A stretch of 64,000 nt of DNA, taken from NCBI GenBank assembly GCA_036788095.1, contig DAIQOA010000003.1, positions 17 to 64,016 on the forward strand, read 5' to 3'. This DNA is from a bacterium. GTDB taxonomy: Bacteria > Zhuqueibacterota > Zhuqueibacteria > Residuimicrobiales > Residuimicrobiaceae. Shown one piece after another: positions 57,446-64,000 of this stretch (position 1 is the stretch's first letter; the number at the start of each line of letters is the position of its first letter). The notes under the pieces were generated by a model. It was given only the letters and a program-made list of their open reading frames with translations. It did no database searches and was not told where the DNA came from. A program made the translations under genes and the position numbers.

Positions 57446-59374
57446 TCAATTGGCGTCCTTGCGAAACTGGGTCTCATACAGCGTGGCATAGAGTCCGCCC
57501 TTTCGCAGCAGATCGTCATGAGCGCCGCTCTCCACGATCCGGCCGCGATCCATGACCAGAATCATATCCGCGGCCAGAATGGTGCTCAGGCGGTGGGCGA
57601 TGACGATATTGGTGCGGTCCGCCATCACCTTTTCCAGCGCATCCTGAATCAAGGCTTCGGACTGGCTGTCGAGGCTGCTGGTGGCTTCATCCAAAATCAG
57701 AATGCGCGGATTTTTCAGAATGACCCGCGCCAGCGCCAGCCGTTGTTTCTCTCCGCCGCTCAGGCGAAAGCCGCGTTCGCCGACGATGGTGTCATAGCCG
57801 TCCGGCAGCCCCTGAATGAAATCGTGAATGTTGGCCACGCGGCAGGCGGCCTCCAACTCTTTCTCGCCGGCGTTCAGCTTGGCGTATTGCAGGTTGGTGC
57901 GGATGGTGTCATGAAACAGATGCGTCTCCTGCGTGACCATGCCGATCTGCGCCGACAAAGATTCCAGCGACAGATCGCGCAGATCCTTGCCATCGATGCG
58001 GACCACGCCGGAGGTCGGATCATAGAGGCGCGGAATCAAATAGGTGAGCGTGGTTTTACCTGCGCCGCTGGGGCCCACCAGCGCCGCGATCTGTCCCGGC
58101 TGCACGTGAAAGCTGACGGCTTCCAGCGCATTGCGGCGCGCCTGACTGCGCGGGGACTGATCATCGTCGTCCGCAGCGGCCACTTTGCCGGAGAGCACGC
58201 CGGTGACGTTGTCCATGCTGCCATAACGATGCACGTCGCTGAGTTGTTTGCCGTTGCCGGAATCATAGATAAAGGTGACTTCTTCGAACCGAATTTCGCC
58301 GCGCACTTTTTTCACGGTCTGTGCGTCCGCTTTCTCGACAATGTCCACCGGCAGATCGATCACCTCAAACACGCGCTCAAAACTGACCATGGAGGTGGCG
58401 AACTCGACTGGCGAGTTGGAAAGCCCCTGCAGCGCGCCGTACAGTTGCCCCAGATAGGCGCCAAAGGCCACGATGGTGCCGACGGTAAACGTGCCGGCGA
58501 TGACGAAATAGCCGCCCAGACCGTAGACCAGAGCGGTGCCCACGGCGCTGATCAGGCCGATGATGGCCATCAAGATAGAGCCGGTGAAGGCCCGTTTGAC
58601 GCCGAGATCGCGCACCTGGCCGGCCCGCCCGCCGAACCGTTCGACCTCCAACGGCCGCCGTCCGAACAGCTTGACCAGCAGCGCGCCGCCGATGTTGAGC
58701 GTTTCATGCATCATGGCGTTCATCTGCGCGTTGGCTTCCATCTGCTTGCGGGCAATGTCGCGCAGCCGGTTGCCGAGCAGACGCGCCGCGAGAATAAACA
58801 GCGGCATGATCGCCACGCCGATCACCGTCAGCCGCCATTCCAGCGACAGCATCACCGCCAAAATCGCCACCGCATGAATCAGCTGGGTGACGATGCCGAC
58901 GATGGTGCTGCTGATGGCGTTCTGCGCGCCGATCACATCGTTGTTCAACCGGCTCATCAGCTCGCCGACCTGGGTGTTGGTGAAAAAGCGCAGCGACATG
59001 CGCTGCAGGCCGGCGTACAGCGCCATGCGCAGGTCATAGATCACGCCCTCGCCGACGCGCGCATTGAGGCGGCGCTGCGAAACGCCGATGAGGCCGTTGA
59101 TGGCCGGGATCAACAAAAGACCCAACGCCAGCCACACCAGCCGGTGAAGGTTTCCGGCCGGAATGGTGTGGTCCAGCAGATCCCGGATGATCAGCGGATT
59201 GAGCAACATCAGACCGGTCTGCGCCAGGATCAAACCCAGAATGAGAACGATCAGCAGACGATACGGTTTGGCATACTGCAACACCCGCTTGAGCAGATCC
59301 CGGGTGATTTTCGGTTTTTCATCCGTGGCCTCGATCATGCTGCGCAGACCGCCGTGGCCCATACGCATCATCAT
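57446..59374 (-). CDS. ABC exporter, fused transmembrane plus ATP-binding domains (MsbA-like) with insertion in the NBD
   Basis: 6-TM N-domain; NBD with GPSGAGKTT, LSGGEKQRLALA, ILILDEATSSLD; about 45-aa Asp-rich insertion before the Walker A strand. Confidence 0.85.
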   Translation of the reverse strand: MMMRMGHGGLRSMIEATDEKPKITRDLLKRVLQYAKPYRLLIVLILGLILAQTGLMLLNPLIIRDLLDHTIPAGNLHRLVWLALGLLLIPAINGLIGVSQRRLNARVGEGVIYDLRMALYAGLQRMSLRFFTNTQVGELMSRLNNDVIGAQNAISSTIVGIVTQLIHAVAILAVMLSLEWRLTVIGVAIMPLFILAARLLGNRLRDIARKQMEANAQMNAMMHETLNIGGALLVKLFGRRPLEVERFGGRAGQVRDLGVKRAFTGSILMAIIGLISAVGTALVYGLGGYFVIAGTFTVGTIVAFGAYLGQLYGALQGLSNSPVEFATSMVSFERVFEVIDLPVDIVEKADAQTVKKVRGEIRFEEVTFIYDSGNGKQLSDVHRYGSMDNVTGVLSGKVAAADDDDQSPRSQARRNALEAVSFHVQPGQIAALVGPSGAGKTTLTYLIPRLYDPTSGVVRIDGKDLRDLSLESLSAQIGMVTQETHLFHDTIRTNLQYAKLNAGEKELEAACRVANIHDFIQGLPDGYDTIVGERGFRLSGGEKQRLALARVILKNPRILILDEATSSLDSQSEALIQDALEKVMADRTNIVIAHRLSTILAADMILVMDRGRIVESGAHDDLLRKGGLYATLYETQFRKDAN

Positions 59375-59856
59375 ATGCTCTATTCCTCATCAAACAGAAT
59401 GCCCATTATGCCGTTGCTCTCGACCGGGCGCCTCCCTATTTGAAGAAAACAGTGGAAAGCCACCTGTTTGCCGCGGAGGCCTCGTCCGATCAAGCCGGCA
59501 CATCGCTTTATAAGGGTGTGAATAAAAAGGGAGAATCCTTTGCAGGGACAACCTTTTCCCATGAGAAAAGATACAAAAGATTTTCAAAAATTGCATAAAA
59601 ATAAATGAATCGCGCTCAAACCTGGCAAAGGGCGGCCGGCTAAACAATCTCTTGATTTTGCCCTTTGATTTATTTAATTTACCGCAAATGCCGCAGGACT
59701 CTATACTACACGACTGACCGTTGCCCCATTCGCCGAACCGGTGTGCCATCCTTCAGGCATCATCACCCTATCAAGCCCCGGCCGTTCTTGTCAACCATGG
59801 ACGTCCGGAATCACCGCCGAATCCGCGGCGGGTGTTGTCAATTAAGGAGCATAACA

Positions 59857-60243
59857 ATGAATCACCTCGTTATCGCCTCCCTGCCGCTGTTTTTGCTCGG
59901 CTTTTTCAGCACAACCGGGAAAACGGTTATGATCACCCAGGCGCAAAATCAGAGTAAAGTTAAAGTGAAAAAAGATGCCAGTTTCCAGGTGCTGTTGAAC
60001 GCCAACCCGACGACGGGGTTCGATTGGCGGATCGTTGCTTATGACAGCGCCATCATCGAGATCAAGCAGAAGCACTTTATTCAAAGTGAAACGCACCGAA
60101 TGGGCGCTCCGGGAAAACAGGTGTTCAAGTTCAAAGCCATCGCCGCCGGCGCCACCGACCTGCGGTTGATTTATGCGCGTCCATGGGAAAGGGCAACGTC
60201 CGAAACGGACAGCTTTCGCGTACACATCATTGTCCCAAAATAG
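59857..60243 (+). CDS. chagasin-family (MEROPS I42) cysteine-protease inhibitor
   Basis: Signal/TM N-terminus; NPTTGFDW and RPW loop motifs diagnostic of chagasin-like inhibitors; AAGGAG RBS; start trimmed to MNHLVIAS. Confidence 0.8.
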   Translation: MNHLVIASLPLFLLGFFSTTGKTVMITQAQNQSKVKVKKDASFQVLLNANPTTGFDWRIVAYDSAIIEIKQKHFIQSETHRMGAPGKQVFKFKAIAAGATDLRLIYARPWERATSETDSFRVHIIVPK

Positions 60244-60308
60244 TCGAACTGAAAAGCCGGGCGCATACGGCGCCGGATGCTTTTTCGGTCTAACTTGCAG
60301 GAGGACTT

Positions 60309-61265
60309 GTGAAAAAACGCGTAATCAAGGCCTTTGTGTGCCTGGTCGTCTGCTGTTCCTGGTCCCAGGCTCAGCGTTTGGATGAGAGCCAAGCCCCCAC
60401 GGAGGTGCGTCAAGTTCTGGGGCGGTTGCGTCTCGCCATCGAGAAGGAAAAGTTGAACTTTGCCGTCGCGTACAATCCGGCGCATCGCTACACCATCGCC
60501 CAGCTGTGCGGTTTGCGGGTGAGCAAGGCCGGAAATTGGCGGCAACAGGCCAAAGAGCGAAATCTGCTCAAACTAAAACCCGCCATGCTGAAATCAGGCG
60601 GCCTTGGCGCAGGGCTGCCGGCTTCCTGGGATTGGCGGTTGCACGACGGCGTCACCCCGGTGAAGGATCAGGGCGGATGCGGCAGCTGCTGGGCCTTTGG
60701 CTCCATCGGTGCGTTGGAATCGCTGCTGGCGATCAAATCCGACACGCTGGTGGATTTGTCGGAGCAGCAGCTGGTCTCCTGCAATTCTCTGGGCTATGGC
60801 TGCGGCGGCGGCTGGTGGGCCTTTGACTTGCTGATCACCCCCGGCGCTGCGCTGGAAACCGATTTCCCCTATGTCGCTGCCGATGTGGCCTGCGGCGGCC
60901 CTTATACCTTTCCGTTCAAACTGAGCGGCTGGGCTTATGTGGACGGCGATGACCAGGTAGCGGCCACCGACAAGCTGAAACAGGCGATCTATACCTATGG
61001 CCCGGCGGCGGTGGCCGTGTACGTGGGCTCAGCGTTTCAGGCCTACAGCAGCGGCGTGTTCGATAAAGATGAACTGCCCGGCGGCGGACTCAGCTGCTCC
61101 CCCTCCTCAGAGGTGAATCATGCCGTGCTGCTGGTGGGCTGGGATGACGGCAAAGGCGCCTGGATCCTGCGCAACAGCTGGGGACCGGGCTGGGGCGAAA
61201 GCGGCTATATGTACATCAAGTATGGAATCAACAACGTGGGGTTTGCCGCGGCCTGCGTGTATTGA
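60309..61265 (+). CDS. secreted papain-family (C1A) cysteine peptidase
   Basis: QGGCGSCWAFGS catalytic Cys, NHAVLLVGWD His, NSWGPGWGESGYMYI Asn/Trp region; signal peptide. Confidence 0.85.
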   Translation: MKKRVIKAFVCLVVCCSWSQAQRLDESQAPTEVRQVLGRLRLAIEKEKLNFAVAYNPAHRYTIAQLCGLRVSKAGNWRQQAKERNLLKLKPAMLKSGGLGAGLPASWDWRLHDGVTPVKDQGGCGSCWAFGSIGALESLLAIKSDTLVDLSEQQLVSCNSLGYGCGGGWWAFDLLITPGAALETDFPYVAADVACGGPYTFPFKLSGWAYVDGDDQVAATDKLKQAIYTYGPAAVAVYVGSAFQAYSSGVFDKDELPGGGLSCSPSSEVNHAVLLVGWDDGKGAWILRNSWGPGWGESGYMYIKYGINNVGFAAACVY

Positions 61266-61291
61266 ACGGATAGGAATGGAACAGGAAACTC

Positions 61292-63769
61292 ATGCCAAGG
61301 ACCAGAAAGTTCGAACCGATCCAACATATCATGAAATTCGGCGGCTCCTCCCTCGCCACTGCCGAAAGAATCCGCCACGTCATCGAGCTGGTGCAGGCCG
61401 GCTGCAGCGCCCACGGCCGGGTGGCAGTGGTCTGCTCCGCCTTGGGCGGCGTCACTGATGGGCTGATACAGATTGCCGAGACCGCGGCGCGTCACGAGGC
61501 GAACTATACGGAGCTGCTGGACAAGCTGGAGGACCGCCACCTGGCGGTCCTGCGCAGCCTAAGCGGCGGGCAGCTGCCGGAAGCCGCCCAGCTGATGGAA
61601 GATCTGCAGGCGCTGCGCGAAGTGGTGCAGGGCGTGTATTGGGTGAAAGAGCTCACCCATCGCAGTCTTGACTTCATCCTCAGTTTTGGCGAACGGCTGT
61701 CTTGCCGCATCATCGCCGAGGCCGCAAACCATGCCGGATTGGACGCGGTGATGGTGGACAGCCGTCGTTTCATTAAAACCAACGACCGCTTTGGCGCCGC
61801 GACCGTGCTGATGGAGGAATCGCACCGCCTGATTCAGGATTATTTCAACGAAAGCGACCGGCTAGCGGTGATCACCGGCTTTATCGGCTCTACGCCGGAA
61901 AACGAGACCACCACTCTGGGGCGCGGCGGTTCTGATTACACGGCGGCCATCGTGGGTTCTGCGCTGAACGTGCAAGAGATCGAAATCTGGAGCGACGTGG
62001 ACGGGGTGCTGACCGCCAACCCGGTCAAAGTAAAAAAAGCGTTTCCACTGGAACAGCTCACCTATGACGAAGCCATGGAGCTGTCGCATTTCGGCGCCAA
62101 GGTCATCCATCCGCCGACCATGCAGCCGGCGATGCTGAAGAAAATCCCCATCCGCATTCGCAACAGCTTTAATCCCGCCTTTGCCGGCACCCTGATCAGC
62201 GCCGAGCCGGCGCCCGGCCGGTTTCTGGTCAAAGGCATCTCCTCCATCAGCGACATTGCGCTGCTGCGCATCGAAGGCAGCGGCATGGTCGGCGTTTCCG
62301 GCATCGCCGGCCGGTTGTTCGCCGTGCTGGCGAAACACCAGATCAACATCATCCTGATCACCCAGGCCTCGTCGGAGCATTCCATCTGTCTGGCGGTGGA
62401 GCCGCTGGTGGCAGAAAAGGCCAAGCGGATCATCGAACACGAGTTCGAGCTGGAGCGAGAGACGCACCGCATCGATCCGGTGGTGATCAAAAACGGCCTC
62501 TCCATTCTGGCTGCAGTGGGTGAAAAGATGCACCACTCGCCGGGATTGGCCGGAAGGCTGTTTCAGGCCCTGGGCGTCAACGGCGTCAATGTGGTGGCCA
62601 TCGCCCAGGGCTCGTCGGAGCTCAACATCTCGGTGGTCATCGAGCAAACGGACGAGGCGAAAGCGCTCAACGCCATTCACGAGGCGTTCTTTCTCTCGCC
62701 GATGAAAACCCTGCACCTGTTCCTCGCCGGCTGCGGTCTGATCGGCGGCACCTTTCTCCATCAGCTGAAGGAGAATCTGCCCTTCCTGCGCAAACAAAGG
62801 CGCATGGACATCAAGCTCATCGGCCTGGCCAATGTAGAAAAAATGGTTTTTGATGAAAAGGGGCTGTCGCCGGAACGATGGCGTGAGGTGCTGGAAGAAT
62901 CCGGCCAGGCCACGGTCCTGATGGAGTTCATCGACCGCATGCTGGCGATGAATCTGCCCAACAGCATTTTTCTCGATTGCACAGCCAGCGACGATCCGGG
63001 GCGGAATTACCCGCGTATTCTGCGCTCCAACGTCTCAGTGGTTACGCCCAACAAACGCGCCAATTCCGGAAGCATGGAGCAGTATGAAGCGCTGCGCTCC
63101 GCCACGGTGGACCGGGGTTCGCATTTTTACTATGAGACCAACGTCGGCGCCGGGCTGCCCATCATCAACACGTTGAACGATCTCATCGCCAGCGGCGACA
63201 AGATCCTGCGCATCGAAGCGGTGCTCTCCGGCACGCTGAGCTACATTTTCAACTCTTTTGACGGGGAACAGCCGTTCAGCCGCGTGGTCGAACAGGCGCG
63301 CGCCCTTGGTCTGACCGAACCGGACCCGCGCAACGACCTCAGCGGACTGGATGTGGCGCGCAAGATACTGATCCTGGCCCGCGAGACCGGCGCCTCTATG
63401 GAGCTGGCGGACATTGAACTGGAGAGCCTGCTGCCCGAACCCTGCACCAGCGCAGAAACCGTGGAGGAGTTTTTTCAGATTCTCTCCCGGTTCGACGATG
63501 AGATGGAGGCGCGGCGCAGCAAGGCGGCGCATCAGGGCAGAGTGTTGCGCTATATGGCGGTGCTGCAGAACGGCCGCAGCCGGGTGAACCTGCAGGCGGT
63601 GGACATGCACCATCCGTTTTATTTTTTATCCGGCAGCGACAATGTTGTTTCCTTCACCACCACCCGCTACAAGGAGCGGCCGTTGATCGTGCGCGGGCCC
63701 GGCGCCGGCGCCGAGGTGACTGCGGCCGGCGTGTTCGCGGATGTGTTGCGAGCAGGGCAGAACGGATAA
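61292..63769 (+). CDS. thrA: bifunctional aspartokinase / homoserine dehydrogenase
   Basis: 825 aa; KFGGSSLA aspartokinase start, two ACT regions, C-terminal homoserine-dehydrogenase NAD-binding and catalytic domains. Confidence 0.9.
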   Translation: MPRTRKFEPIQHIMKFGGSSLATAERIRHVIELVQAGCSAHGRVAVVCSALGGVTDGLIQIAETAARHEANYTELLDKLEDRHLAVLRSLSGGQLPEAAQLMEDLQALREVVQGVYWVKELTHRSLDFILSFGERLSCRIIAEAANHAGLDAVMVDSRRFIKTNDRFGAATVLMEESHRLIQDYFNESDRLAVITGFIGSTPENETTTLGRGGSDYTAAIVGSALNVQEIEIWSDVDGVLTANPVKVKKAFPLEQLTYDEAMELSHFGAKVIHPPTMQPAMLKKIPIRIRNSFNPAFAGTLISAEPAPGRFLVKGISSISDIALLRIEGSGMVGVSGIAGRLFAVLAKHQINIILITQASSEHSICLAVEPLVAEKAKRIIEHEFELERETHRIDPVVIKNGLSILAAVGEKMHHSPGLAGRLFQALGVNGVNVVAIAQGSSELNISVVIEQTDEAKALNAIHEAFFLSPMKTLHLFLAGCGLIGGTFLHQLKENLPFLRKQRRMDIKLIGLANVEKMVFDEKGLSPERWREVLEESGQATVLMEFIDRMLAMNLPNSIFLDCTASDDPGRNYPRILRSNVSVVTPNKRANSGSMEQYEALRSATVDRGSHFYYETNVGAGLPIINTLNDLIASGDKILRIEAVLSGTLSYIFNSFDGEQPFSRVVEQARALGLTEPDPRNDLSGLDVARKILILARETGASMELADIELESLLPEPCTSAETVEEFFQILSRFDDEMEARRSKAAHQGRVLRYMAVLQNGRSRVNLQAVDMHHPFYFLSGSDNVVSFTTTRYKERPLIVRGPGAGAEVTAAGVFADVLRAGQNG

Positions 63770-63805
63770 ACCGCGAACCGCCGCGACGAAAACGATCAGC
63801 ACTTT

Positions 63806-64000
63806 ATGGAAATGAAATCTGTAGATAAATTACTGCCCATTCATGAAGTGCAAATATTAACCTATATGAAATTGGCCAAGGTAGCAGTCGGCTTGTTGAT
63901 AAACTTCAATGTCGAGCTTTTAAGGGAAGGGATCAGAAGATTCGTTCTTAAATCTTCGTGGCCTCGTATGTTAAAGCACCAAAAATGCAGTAGACAAAAT
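63806..64000 (+). pseudogene. GxxExxY-family protein, C-terminal fragment only (N-terminal portion absent); continues to window edge
   Basis: MEMKSVDKLLPIHEVQILTYMKLAKVAVGLLINFNVELLREGIRRFVL matches the C-terminal third of GxxExxY proteins (...KLLP.HEAQLLTYM.L..V.VGLLINFNV.LL..GI.R). In the same frame as thrA, starting 12 codons after its stop; AT-rich relative to flanks. Confidence 0.55.

Overview
High-GC bacterial chromosomal segment of 64 kb, densely coded and mostly on the minus strand. No CRISPR/cas, integrase or transposase is visible; the accessory-looking parts are two small AT-rich patches and two inverted composite repeat arrays. Strand and frame were chosen by recognisable protein families, because at this GC content almost every real gene has a long antisense ORF.

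Housekeeping content:
- a heat-shock/proteostasis cluster: clpB, dnaK, an FmdB zinc-ribbon protein, htrA and a CbpA-like J-protein;
- gap-tpiA-secG-tRNA-Leu(GAG);
- purSL (PurL with fused tandem PurS domains) and purQ;
- ychF, thrA, and a partial MoxR ATPase at the left edge.

Lineage hints are a T9SS-type C-terminal sorting domain on a YVTN beta-propeller protein and CarboxypepD_reg-type TonB receptors. Both suggest an FCB-superphylum-like organism, but this is inference only.

Stand-out loci:
1. a cobalamin riboswitch with a terminator platform sitting between two co-oriented TonB-dependent receptors, with a translationally coupled BtuM/ECF-S-like small membrane protein upstream;
2. two inverted arrays of composite degenerate tandem repeats (palindromic CGACACCCGGGTGTCG-type cores, about 60-bp and about 170-bp units) bracketing a 3.2-kb GT2-rhomboid-ychF segment;
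3. an overlapping four-gene string: Tat-exported DUF362, a NapH-like polyferredoxin, an acyl-CoA ligase, and a single-polypeptide STAS antagonist plus RsbW-like kinase fusion;
4. an AmmeMemoRadiSam radical-SAM enzyme co-transcribed with a GH15-like protein and a 700-aa lipoprotein, with no AMMECR1 or Memo partner;
5. an AT-rich islet carrying a T5orf172 (GIY-YIG-like) protein;
6. a chagasin-type inhibitor next to a papain-like protease;
7. a RelE/Phd toxin-antitoxin pair in a low-GC patch with a near-perfect palindromic operator;
8. a truncated GxxExxY gene fragment lying in frame immediately after thrA.
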